NCBI GenBank assembly: GCA_027593235.1
Contig: JAQCIU010000054.1
Span: 1 to 14,604, forward strand
Length of the DNA: 14,604 nucleotides
DNA from: Chloroflexota bacterium
GTDB lineage: Bacteria; Chloroflexota; Dehalococcoidia; UBA2979
Reading direction: 5' to 3'
The translations under genes were made by a program, and so were the position numbers. This document shows positions 6,813 through 14,604 of this stretch, piece after piece. The notes below the pieces were generated by a model. The model saw only the letters and a program-made list of their open reading frames with translations. It did not search any database and was not told where the DNA came from. The number at the start of each line of letters is the position of its first letter. The stretch's first letter is position 1.

Positions 6813-8783
6813 ATGAGATCCCGCGGGATGCGCAACTCCTTCGTCTACCTCCTGATCCTCGTCGCCGTCGTACTCGTCGTCGTCATGCTCTTCCGTCCCT
6901 CTGGGACCGGAAATGAGAAGGACATCTCCTTCGTCATCGAGCAGGCCAAGGCGGGTAACGTCCAACGAATCGAGGTCGAGGGCGATACGCTCACCGTCGA
7001 ACTCAAGGACGGCGACCCGATCACCTCCCGTAAGGAAGCGTCCTCGTCGGTGGAGCAGATCCTCCGCGAGAACGGCATCCCCGTCGGTGGCTCCAGCGGC
7101 GTCGATATCAGCGTCAGCGGACCCAGTCAGTTCGGCAACGTCTTCGGGCTGCTGCTGAACTTCCTGCCGCTCATCATCTTCGGCGGCATCCTGATCTTCA
7201 TGATGCGCCAGGCCGGCGGCGCCAATAACCAGGCGATGTCGTTCGGCAAGAGCCGCGCGCGCATGTTCACCGGCCAGACGCCAACCGTTACCTTCCTCGA
7301 TGTCGCCGGACAGGACGAGGCGAAGCAAGAACTCGCCGAGGTCGTTGAGTTCCTCAAGTACCCGGAGAAGTTCGCCGCCGTTGGCGCGCGGATCCCGCAC
7401 GGTGTGCTGCTGGTGGGCCCGCCCGGTACCGGTAAGACCATGCTCGCACGCGCCGTCTCCGGCGAAGCGGGCGTCCCCTTCTTCTCCATCTCCGGTTCTG
7501 AGTTCGTCGAGATGTTCGTCGGCGTCGGCGCCAGCCGCGTCCGCGACCTCTTCGACCAGGCGAAGCGCAACGCCCCCGCGATCGTCTTCATCGACGAGAT
7601 CGACGCCGTCGGCCGCCAGCGTGGCGCCGGTCTTGGTGGGTCGCACGATGAGCGTGAGCAGACGCTGAACCAGATCCTGGTGGAGATGGACGGCTTCGAC
7701 ACCAACAGCAACGTGATCGTCGTCGCCTCGACGAACCGTCCCGACATCCTCGACCCGGCGCTGCTGCGGCCCGGTCGGTTTGACCGCCGCGTCACGCTGG
7801 ACCTGCCGGACGTCAAGGGACGCCGCGCGGTCCTCGACGTGCACGCCAAGGGCAAGCCGCTGGAGCCCTCGGTCAAGCTGGACACGATCGCGAAGCAGAC
7901 GCCCGGATTCTCCGGCGCCGACCTCGCGAACCTGATCAACGAGGCGGCAATCCTCGCGGCGCGCCGGAACAAGAAGCGCGTCGGCATGGACGAGTTCAAC
8001 GAGGCCGTCGATCGCGTGATCGCCGGTCCGGAGCGCAAGTCCCGCGTGATCACCGAGGACGAGAAGAAGATCGTCGCCTACCACGAGGCCGGGCACACCG
8101 TGGCCGGCTGGTTCACCCCGAAGGCCGATCCGCCGTTCAAGGTGACGATCGTCTCCCGAGGGATGGCCGGCGGCTTCACCCGCTCGCTCCCGGACACGGA
8201 TCGTCGCCTCCAGGACCGCTCCTACTACGAGGCCATGATGACGATGATGCTCGGCGGCCACGTCGCCGAAGAGCTGATCTTCGGCGAGATGACCACCGGT
8301 GCGCACGATGACATCGGCAAGGTCACTCAGGTCGCGCGTGACATGGTCACGCAGTGGGGCATGAGCGAACGTCTCGGCCCGCGCACCTTCGGGCGCCGCC
8401 AGTCGATGGTCTTCCTCGGTCGCGACATCTCCGAGGAGCGCGATTACTCCGAGCGCACCGCCCAGGAGATCGACGACGAGGTGCGCCGCGTCATCGATGA
8501 GGCACACGAGCGCTGCCGCACCGTACTTGCCCTGCACCGCGACAAGCTCGATGTCATCGCAAGCGCCTTGATCATCGACGAAACCCTCGAGGGCGATCGG
8601 CTCCGTACGCTGCTCGGTCCAACCCCCGGTCGTGAAGTGCCAGACGCCGCGCCGGCGCCGGTCGCCACGGTCGAGCCGCCCGCGGCCACGGGGACCAGCG
8701 GGGACAGCGGTGAGACCGAGGAGGACCGCCCACAGGGCCGCCCCGGACTCGCCTGGGGCCAGTCGAACGCGTCAACCGACTAA
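6813..8783 (+). CDS. ftsH: ATP-dependent zinc metalloprotease FtsH
   Basis: Two N-terminal TM segments, Walker A GPPGTGKT, pore FVG, Walker [35 protein letters not shown] zinc motif and TGAHDD. Confidence 0.99.
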   Translation: MRSRGMRNSFVYLLILVAVVLVVVMLFRPSGTGNEKDISFVIEQAKAGNVQRIEVEGDTLTVELKDGDPITSRKEASSSVEQILRENGIPVGGSSGVDISVSGPSQFGNVFGLLLNFLPLIIFGGILIFMMRQAGGANNQAMSFGKSRARMFTGQTPTVTFLDVAGQDEAKQELAEVVEFLKYPEKFAAVGARIPHGVLLVGPPGTGKTMLARAVSGEAGVPFFSISGSEFVEMFVGVGASRVRDLFDQAKRNAPAIVFIDEIDAVGRQRGAGLGGSHDEREQTLNQILVEMDGFDTNSNVIVVASTNRPDILDPALLRPGRFDRRVTLDLPDVKGRRAVLDVHAKGKPLEPSVKLDTIAKQTPGFSGADLANLINEAAILAARRNKKRVGMDEFNEAVDRVIAGPERKSRVITEDEKKIVAYHEAGHTVAGWFTPKADPPFKVTIVSRGMAGGFTRSLPDTDRRLQDRSYYEAMMTMMLGGHVAEELIFGEMTTGAHDDIGKVTQVARDMVTQWGMSERLGPRTFGRRQSMVFLGRDISEERDYSERTAQEIDDEVRRVIDEAHERCRTVLALHRDKLDVIASALIIDETLEGDRLRTLLGPTPGREVPDAAPAPVATVEPPAATGTSGDSGETEEDRPQGRPGLAWGQSNASTD

Positions 8784-8806
8784 CGAATCGCCGTGCGGTG
8801 GTAACG

Positions 8807-8833
8807 GAAGAGCCCGGCAGTGCCGGGCTCTTC
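8807..8833. terminator. Intrinsic terminator after ftsH (probably bidirectional with dedA)
   Basis: Perfect inverted repeat GAAGAGCCCGGCA-G-TGCCGGGCTCTTC followed by TCGTT, between convergent genes. Confidence 0.8.
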
Positions 8834-8851
8834 TCGTTCACGCCAGCGGTT

Positions 8852-8877
8852 CGCCGTCGCCACCAATGGCGGCGGCG
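8852..8877. terminator. Second GC-rich hairpin in the ftsH/dedA convergent gap
   Basis: CGCCGTCGCCA-CCAA-TGGCGGCGGCG, 11 bp with one G-U pair. Confidence 0.4.
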
Positions 8878-8918
8878 TGGGGAGTCCGCCGGACCCACCT
8901 GCCAGGCACAGCCTCGCT

Positions 8919-9644
8919 CTACAGATCGGTGCTGGCGGTCGCCTCGCCCGCCTCGTCGGCCGTTTCGCCCTCGCTGGCACCCAGCTCGCGCATCCGCTTC
9001 GCCAGCAGGCCCTGGACGACGTAGAACCAGATGAAGGCGACGCCCGCGAGGCCGATCCGCAGCGCCGGATGCTCCTCGAGCCGGCCATCCTCGGTCAGCA
9101 CTGCCGTCCCGAAGACCGCCCCGGCGCCGACCCAGAGCGTGTTCGAGATGACGGCGCCCATGTAGTCCAGGGGCATCCAGATCCGCAGCGGCAGACGAAT
9201 TGCACCCGCACCGAACGGCCCGACCGCCCGGGTGATGCTGGCCACGTGGTAGAAGGGAATCAGCCAGCGCGTGCGGCCGGTCATCAGCGCTTCGCCGGCC
9301 CGTAGCGTCGGACCGAAGCGCGTCTGCTGCAGCAGCTCGCCACCTCGACGACCGACCGCATACGACAGCGTGTCGCCGAGAATCGTGCCGATCACCGCGA
9401 TCACAAACACGATCGCGAGCTTCGACGGGTCATCGGCGGCGTAGGCGCCACCCAGGAACATCAGCGCCACACCCGGGAAGATCACACCCAGCCCGACGGT
9501 CGCCTCAATCAGCGCGGCGACGAACACGATTGGAATCCCAAACCGGTCGAACAGGCCGTTCAAGAAGAGGAATACCTGGTCCGTGAGCCAGTTGATCCCG
9601 TCAAGGGGCGCGGTCAGCCAATCAACGAGCTGATCCACAGGCAC
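8919..9644 (-). CDS. DedA family membrane protein
   Basis: ALIEATVGLGVIFPG, ILGDTLSYAVGRRGG, R..GPFGAG and SNTLW are DedA hallmarks, with several hydrophobic segments. Start may be GTG 9644 or 9638. Confidence 0.88.
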   Translation of the reverse strand: MPVDQLVDWLTAPLDGINWLTDQVFLFLNGLFDRFGIPIVFVAALIEATVGLGVIFPGVALMFLGGAYAADDPSKLAIVFVIAVIGTILGDTLSYAVGRRGGELLQQTRFGPTLRAGEALMTGRTRWLIPFYHVASITRAVGPFGAGAIRLPLRIWMPLDYMGAVISNTLWVGAGAVFGTAVLTEDGRLEEHPALRIGLAGVAFIWFYVVQGLLAKRMRELGASEGETADEAGEATASTDL

Positions 9645-9685
9645 GCACCACCTTCGCTGGGCCAGAAGTTAGGGGCGCGGCCGCG

Positions 9686-9714
9686 TTGACCGTCGCCCAA
9701 GCCCTGCCTACACT
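9686..9714 (+). promoter_or_regulatory. Sigma70-type promoter of rplU-rpmA-rpmE
   Basis: TTGACC (9686-9691), 17-nt spacer, TACACT (9709-9714), ending 36 nt before the rplU ATG. Confidence 0.8.
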
Positions 9715-9750
9715 CACTGGACTCGTTGACTCTTTCCGGATGTGACACCA

Positions 9751-10068
9751 ATGTTCGCGATCATCCGCTCCGGCGGCAAGCAATACCGTGTGCGCCAGGG
9801 CGACCGTATCGCGGTCGAGCTGCTGGACGTACCCGAAGGGTCCGAAGTGACCCTCGATGAAGTGCTCATGATCGAGCGCGACGGCGGAGCCGTCGTTGGC
9901 ACACCGCTGGTAGCGGGCGCCACGGTCACGGCCACTGTCGAGGCACACGATCGGGCGAAGAAGGTCATCTTCTTCCACTACAAGAACAAGACGCGCCAGA
10001 AGCGCACACGCGGGCATCGGCAGCACCAGACGCGGCTGCAAATCACCGCGATCGCACCCGGCGCCTAG
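9751..10068 (+). CDS. rplU: 50S ribosomal protein L21 (bL21)
   Basis: MFAIIRSGGKQYRV, VGTPLV, RGHRQ. ATG at 9751 after GGATGTGA. Confidence 0.97.
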   Translation: MFAIIRSGGKQYRVRQGDRIAVELLDVPEGSEVTLDEVLMIERDGGAVVGTPLVAGATVTATVEAHDRAKKVIFFHYKNKTRQKRTRGHRQHQTRLQITAIAPGA

Positions 10069-10119
10069 GCGACCCGCCACCGAGTTCGCGCGTAGCGCGA
10101 ACCCGAACGGAGCAGATGC

Positions 10120-10383
10120 ATGGCTCACAAGAAATCCGGCGGTTCCACCCGGAACGGCCGCGACTCCGCCTCGAAGCGCCTCGGTGTGAAGCGCCATGAC
10201 GGCCAAATCGTCACCAGCGGCTCCATCCTCGTGCGTCAGCGCGGCACCCGCTTCCACCCCGGCTCCAACGTCGGCGTCGGGCGCGACTTCACGCTGTTCG
10301 CGCTGACGGACGGCGTCGTCAAGTTCTCACCGTATGCCAAGGGCCGTCGCAAGCAGGTCTCGATCCTCCAGGAGGCCTCGTGA
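10120..10383 (+). CDS. rpmA: 50S ribosomal protein L27 (bL27)
   Basis: [40 protein letters not shown]. No N-terminal extension, and no prp gene between rplU and rpmA. Confidence 0.98.
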   Translation: MAHKKSGGSTRNGRDSASKRLGVKRHDGQIVTSGSILVRQRGTRFHPGSNVGVGRDFTLFALTDGVVKFSPYAKGRRKQVSILQEAS

Positions 10384-10652
10384 AGGCTGAGATCCACCCC
10401 GACTACCACCCGGTGGTCTTCGTCGACCTCTCGAGTGGTTTCGAGTTCCTGACCCGCTCAACCCTCACCTCCGAGGGGCGCAAGACCGTCGACGGCATCG
10501 AGGCCTACGTCATTCGTCTCGACATCACCGCCGACAGCCACCCGTTCTTCACCGGCGAGCAGCGCATCATCGACACCGCCGGTCGCGTCGAGCGCTTCCG
10601 CCGCCGCTACCAGCGTGGTGCAGCCGCACCGGCTGCCGAGGGCGACGCCTAA
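10380..10652 (+). CDS. rpmE: 50S ribosomal protein L31 type B (Zn-independent)
   Basis: [36 protein letters not shown]. No cysteines. GTGA overlap with the rpmA stop. Confidence 0.96.
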   Translation: MKAEIHPDYHPVVFVDLSSGFEFLTRSTLTSEGRKTVDGIEAYVIRLDITADSHPFFTGEQRIIDTAGRVERFRRRYQRGAAAPAAEGDA

Positions 10653-10668
10653 CCGAGGCAGTCCTCCC

Positions 10669-10692
10669 GCGTGTCGGCAGGTGCCGGCACGC
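10669..10692 (+). terminator. Hairpin downstream of rpmE (possible terminator)
   Basis: GCGTGTCGGC-AGGT-GCCGGCACGC, 10 bp with one G-U pair, 16 nt after the stop. No U-tract. Confidence 0.45.
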
Positions 10693-10805
10693 CCCACCCC
10701 TCGTGTCGCATCCCACCTTCATCGCGCCGCGCGTTCGCGTGCGGCGTGGCGACGTCCGGCGCGATGCCGTTCGTTCATCACCTCGGTGACGCGTACCGTG
10801 GTCCG

Positions 10806-11711
10806 GTGAATCAACCCCCACCACGGATCTACGGCGGCCAGGCCGTCGTCGAGGGCGTCATGATGCGCGGCCCCAGCGCCGTCGCCGTCGCCGTCCGCCG
10901 CCCCGATGGCGAGATCGTCTCATACGCGGAGCGGCTCTCCGGGCTGTTCACCACCCGCCTCCGCGCCATCCCGCTCATCCGCGGTGTCGCGGTCCTCGCG
11001 GAATCGCTCACCCTCGGTGTGCGCGCGCTCTCCTGGGCCAGCTCCGTCGCCTCCGAGGGCGCCGACGGCAAGACCGGACCGGAACGCCTCGGCTGGTCCG
11101 GCTGGTTCGGTCTGCTCGTCACGCTCTCGATCGCCAGCCTCGTCTTCTTCCTCGGACCGGTGCTCGCCACCTTCTGGCTCGATGGCCCGCTCGGCTCAGC
11201 GTGGTGGTCGCTCCTGATCGAGAGCGCGTTACGTCTCGTCGTGCTCATCGGTTATGTCTGGTTAATCGGGCAATCCGACGAGGTGCAGCGGATCTTCCAG
11301 TACCACGCAGCCGAGCACCAGACGATCCACGCTTATGAACACGGGCCGGAACTCAGCGTCCCCGCTGTTCGCCGCCACCCCGCGGAGCATCCCCGCTGCG
11401 GCACCTCATTCCTGCTCACCGTCGCCGTCGTCTCCGCCGTTGTCTTCGTCTTCACCGGCGCCGATCCGCTCTGGTGGCGCTTCGCTTCTCGCCTGCTGTT
11501 GATCCCGCTGGTCGCCGGCCTCTCCTACGAGGCCATTCGATTCGGCGGCTCGCACGACCGTTGGCCCGTCGTACGCGGGCTGTTCACGGCCAACCTTGCC
11601 CTGCAACGCCTGACCACCCGCCGACCGGACGACGAGCAGATCCAGGTCGCCCTCGAGGCGTTCCGGCAGGTCCGCGCGATGGAAGAGGCCGACGAACGCG
11701 CGGTTTCGTAG
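10806..11711 (+). CDS. DUF1385 domain membrane protein (YqhQ-like)
   Basis: YGGQAVVEGVMM, FQYHAAEHQTIHAYE, HPRCGTSF, LQRLTTRRP. Start set at GTG 10806, just before the conserved N-terminal motif (the track starts at 10671). Confidence 0.9.
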   Translation: MNQPPPRIYGGQAVVEGVMMRGPSAVAVAVRRPDGEIVSYAERLSGLFTTRLRAIPLIRGVAVLAESLTLGVRALSWASSVASEGADGKTGPERLGWSGWFGLLVTLSIASLVFFLGPVLATFWLDGPLGSAWWSLLIESALRLVVLIGYVWLIGQSDEVQRIFQYHAAEHQTIHAYEHGPELSVPAVRRHPAEHPRCGTSFLLTVAVVSAVVFVFTGADPLWWRFASRLLLIPLVAGLSYEAIRFGGSHDRWPVVRGLFTANLALQRLTTRRPDDEQIQVALEAFRQVRAMEEADERAVS

Positions 11712-11730
11712 CTCCTCGGTGACAACACGG

Positions 11731-11757
11731 TAATGTCGAGTGATATACTCGTGTTTA
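11731..11757 (+). promoter_or_regulatory. Extended -10 promoter overlapped by a 27-bp interrupted palindrome (candidate repressor operator)
   Basis: TAA-TGT-CGAGT-GATAT-ACTCG-TGT-TTA. Contains TGATATACT (TGn + TATACT, 11741-11749). Confidence 0.65.
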
Positions 11758-11794
11758 TCGTGATCCGGCTGCACACTCCCGAGGTGACGTGACC

Positions 11795-12280
11795 ATGGCC
11801 ACCGACCCCGATGCCCGCTACCGCGTCGACCGCAACACGCTCCGCACCAACCAGGGATTCATCGTCGCCCTCACCGTGCTCGCCTTCGTGCTCGGCGCGA
11901 CCGTCGGCGCCTGGATCGTGCTGGCGACCGGTCTCGTTATGACACTCGGCACCTTCGATGACCGACTCGCCCTCTTCAAGCAGGTCCACCGGCGCGTGCT
12001 CAAGCCGCTCGGCATCCTCGGCGCCAACGTCCACCCCGAGGACCCGATGCCACACCAGTTCGCCCAGGCGATGGGCGCGGCGTTCCTGCTCGCCGCCGCG
12101 GCGGCACTCTTCGCCGATGCAACTCCGGTTGGCTGGACCTTGAACTTCATCGTCACCGCGCTCGCCTTCATCAACCTCGCCGTGAACTTCTGCGCCGGCT
12201 GCTTCGTCTACTTCCAGCTCGATCGCCGAGGGCTCCTCCCCGCCTCGATCGCCAGCGACCGCGCCCTGAGCGCGTCCTAA
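11795..12280 (+). CDS. DUF4395 domain membrane protein
   Basis: GAGGTG SD 8 nt upstream of ATG 11795. VDRNTLRTNQ start, P-x-QFAQAMG and NFCAGC motifs, about four hydrophobic helices. Confidence 0.85.
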   Translation: MATDPDARYRVDRNTLRTNQGFIVALTVLAFVLGATVGAWIVLATGLVMTLGTFDDRLALFKQVHRRVLKPLGILGANVHPEDPMPHQFAQAMGAAFLLAAAAALFADATPVGWTLNFIVTALAFINLAVNFCAGCFVYFQLDRRGLLPASIASDRALSAS

Positions 12281-12284
12281 CCCG

Positions 12285-12785
12285 ATGATCGAGCGGCTAA
12301 TCATCGCCACCGCCCTCGTCGGCGGCTTCGCCGCCGCGGTCGGGCTGGCACGCCTCGCGCTGCGCCTCCGTGATCGGCGGATCCTCGAGCGCTTGCGCAC
12401 GAGCGCCGCCGCCGAGGGCGCCCCCGCCTCAGCGGCGGCCCAGAGCGCACGGACGTCCGGCGCGCCCCGCATCCTCTACTTCACAACCACGAGCTGCGTG
12501 GTCTGCCGGCTCCAACAGGAACCGGCGATCGAACGCCTGCGCGAGGCGCTGCCGGAGATCGTGATCGAGCAGCACGATGCGGTCGCGGAGCGCGAGCTGG
12601 CCGATCAGTTCGGCATCCTCTCCGTCCCCACCACCGCCGTGTACGATCGCAGCGGCGAACTGGTTACCATCAACCGTGGGTTCGCCCCGGTCGCTCAGCT
12701 CTACGCACAGGCGACCGGGTCAGAGCACGTCGCCGAGGGCGGTCTCGCGATGGCATCCGAGCGCATCGATCGCCCAGCGTCGTAG
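12285..12785 (+). CDS. Thioredoxin family protein with N-terminal membrane anchor/signal
   Basis: Hydrophobic N-terminus, ILYFTTTSCVVC (CxxC), FGILSVPT cis-Pro loop. Starts 4 nt after the DUF4395 stop. Confidence 0.88.
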   Translation: MIERLIIATALVGGFAAAVGLARLALRLRDRRILERLRTSAAAEGAPASAAAQSARTSGAPRILYFTTTSCVVCRLQQEPAIERLREALPEIVIEQHDAVAERELADQFGILSVPTTAVYDRSGELVTINRGFAPVAQLYAQATGSEHVAEGGLAMASERIDRPAS

Positions 12786-12904
12786 CAAGGCCGGACAACG
12801 CGGCGACGTAGAGTGCCGGAGCGACGCCGAGCCCTAGAACCGGGATAATGACCCGGGTTTCGCGATGCAACTGAACGAAACGCCAGCCGGGTCGGAGGCG
12901 CCAC

Positions 12905-13834
12905 GTGCGAATCGTCGTGCTCTGCGGTGGCGTCGGCGCCGCGCGCTTCCTTGATGGCGTCGTCCGTTCCGTCGACGCCCCCTCCGCCGTCACCGCCATC
13001 TGCAACGTCAGTGACGACCTGCAGTGGCACGGCCTCCACGTCTCCCCCGACATCGACACGATCCTCTACACGCTCGCCGGCCTCGAGGGTGAGTTCGGCT
13101 GGGGCCTGACCGGCGACACCCATGCCGCGCTTGAGGAGCTGCGCACCCTCGGCCGCGACGAGTGGTTCACCATCGGTGACCGCGATCTCGCGACCCACCT
13201 CTGGCGTAGCGAGCAGCTCCGAGGCGGGGCCACGCTCGCCGAGGCGACCGCCGCCCTCGCCACCGCGCGCGGGCTCGCCTGCTGCCTGCTGCCCGTGACC
13301 AACGACCCACATCCGACGATCGTCGTAACCGACGAGGGCGAACTGGAGTTCCAGGACTACTTCGTCCGCCGTCGCTCCGCGGATCCCGTGCGCGCGCTCC
13401 GCTTCCCCGGCGCCGAGATTGCGCGCCCGGCACCCGGCGTACTGGAGGCGATCGCCGAGGCCGAGCTGATCCTCTTCGCCCCGAGCAATCCGTTCGTCTC
13501 GATCGACCCACTGTTCGCCGTACCCGGCGTCCGCGCCGCGGTCGAAGCCGCTCCAGCGCGCCGCGTCGCGATCTCCCCAATCATCGGCGGCGCTGCCGTG
13601 AAGGGCCCCGCCGCCGACATGCTGCGCTCGCTTGGCCACGAGGTGTCCGCCCTCGGTGTCGCGCGCCTCTACCGAGGCCTCATCGACACCTTCGTGCTCG
13701 ACGAGCAGGACCGCGCGCTCGCACCCACGATCGCCGCGCTGGGCCTCGAAACCGTCGTCCTCGACTCGATGATGCGCGACCGGCCCGGCCGCGCCCGCGT
13801 CGCTGCCGAGGTACTCGCGGCGGTGCAATCGTGA
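12905..13834 (+). CDS. cofD: 2-phospho-L-lactate/phosphoenolpyruvate transferase (CofD/FbiA), F420 biosynthesis
   Basis: GGAGG SD. GGVGAARF, NxxDD, SPDIDTILYTLAG, IGDRDLATH, FQDYFV, PSNPFVSI, AVKGPA. Confidence 0.96.
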   Translation: MRIVVLCGGVGAARFLDGVVRSVDAPSAVTAICNVSDDLQWHGLHVSPDIDTILYTLAGLEGEFGWGLTGDTHAALEELRTLGRDEWFTIGDRDLATHLWRSEQLRGGATLAEATAALATARGLACCLLPVTNDPHPTIVVTDEGELEFQDYFVRRRSADPVRALRFPGAEIARPAPGVLEAIAEAELILFAPSNPFVSIDPLFAVPGVRAAVEAAPARRVAISPIIGGAAVKGPAADMLRSLGHEVSALGVARLYRGLIDTFVLDEQDRALAPTIAALGLETVVLDSMMRDRPGRARVAAEVLAAVQS

Positions 13835-14496
13835 CCGCCGAGGAGATCGCGATCGTCGTCGCCGTCGGCCCGCTTGGTCGTGGCAAGTCGCGGCTCGGTC
13901 CCTCGCTCTCCGCGGACGACCGTCGCCAGCTCGTGCTCGCGATGCTCGAGGACGTGCTCGCCGCGATTTTCGAGGCGCACAGCGGCCCCACCTTCGTCGT
14001 GACCCCCGATGCCGAGGTGGGCCCGGTCGCCCGTGCGCTCGGCGCGCAGGTCCTCCGTGACGCCGGCGAAGGCACCAACGCCGCGATCGAGACCGCGATC
14101 GCAAACGCGCGGATCGCCGCCGCTCCGGCAGTGCTTGTCATACAGGGCGATCTCCCGCAGATCACGCCCGCCGATGTCCGCCGCTGCCTCGATGCCCTCG
14201 CGTCCGTCGAGCGTGGCGCTGTGCTCGTCCCCGGTGACGATGGCGGCACTTCGGTGCTGGGCATCCGGCCCCCGTTCGGGATGCCGAGCGCCTTCGGCCC
14301 GCAGTCCGCCCAACGCCACCGCGAGGCAGCCCTCGAGGCCCGCATCCCGCTGCAGGAGCTGGCGATCGCGGCTCTCGCCGCCGACGTGGACACCGTCGCC
14401 GACCTCGATCGCGTGCGCGGCGCGGTCGGACCGGCGACCGCCGCGCTGCTGGCACGAATCACCGTCGGCGCGGCCGGCGAAGGTGGCGCCTCGTGA
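13831..14496 (+). CDS. cofC: 2-phospho-L-lactate/phosphoenolpyruvate guanylyltransferase (CofC/FbiD)
   Basis: KSRL, AMLEDVL, QGDLP, GGT, FGPQSAQRH, DVDTVADL. GTGA overlap with the cofD stop. Confidence 0.93.
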   Translation: MTAEEIAIVVAVGPLGRGKSRLGPSLSADDRRQLVLAMLEDVLAAIFEAHSGPTFVVTPDAEVGPVARALGAQVLRDAGEGTNAAIETAIANARIAAAPAVLVIQGDLPQITPADVRRCLDALASVERGAVLVPGDDGGTSVLGIRPPFGMPSAFGPQSAQRHREAALEARIPLQELAIAALAADVDTVADLDRVRGAVGPATAALLARITVGAAGEGGAS

Positions 14497-14604
14497 AGGC
14501 CGAAGACCTCGAACTGGCGATCCGCAGCCGGCGCTCGATCCGCGGCCTCACCGGGCCACCACTCAGCGCCGACGAACTCGAATCGCTGGTCGCGCTCGCG
14601 CTGA
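14493..14604 (+). CDS. Nitroreductase-family protein, 5' part only (FbiE-like dehydro-F420 reductase candidate)
   Basis: Not in the ORF track. GTGA overlap with the cofC stop, open to the window end: MKAEDLELAIRSRRSIRGLTGPPLSADELESLVALAL, with the FMN-binding RRSIR signature. Confidence 0.8.
   Translation, partial: MKAEDLELAIRSRRSIRGLTGPPLSADELESLVALAL

Noticed and set aside
6708-8537. Long antisense ORFs (609 aa over ftsH; also 4243..5565, 7127..8053, 11525..12472, 12701..14104)
   Set aside because: They overlap well-supported genes on the opposite strand and have motif-free, compositionally skewed translations.
12786-12904. Possible riboswitch or structured leader upstream of cofD
   Set aside because: Only an imperfect inverted repeat (AACCGGG/CCCGGGTT) around a -10-like GATAAT. 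I recognise no riboswitch consensus, and the implied leader is short.

Overview
High-GC bacterial chromosomal window. Gene content (F420 genes, rplU-rpmA-rpmE next to DUF1385) suggests Chloroflexota, possibly Dehalococcoidia/Tepidiformales-like; this is inferred, not proven. In order: tRNA-Gly(CCC) (-); two alpha/beta hydrolases and a stand-alone PdxA-family dehydrogenase (+); a tandem pair of small, uncharacterised paralogous helical proteins (-); an NAD(P)-dependent epimerase/SDR, yraN and rnhB (-); a 4-oxalocrotonate tautomerase-family gene and ftsH (+); a DedA-family gene (-); rplU-rpmA-rpmE (type B) and DUF1385 (+); a DUF4395 plus membrane-anchored thioredoxin pair behind a palindromic operator; and the start of an F420 operon (cofD, cofC, truncated nitroreductase/FbiE-like gene). 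I see no mobile element, CRISPR array or defence system. The least explained part is 3361-4150, the paralog pair (33/68 identical, ungapped) and its upstream repeats.
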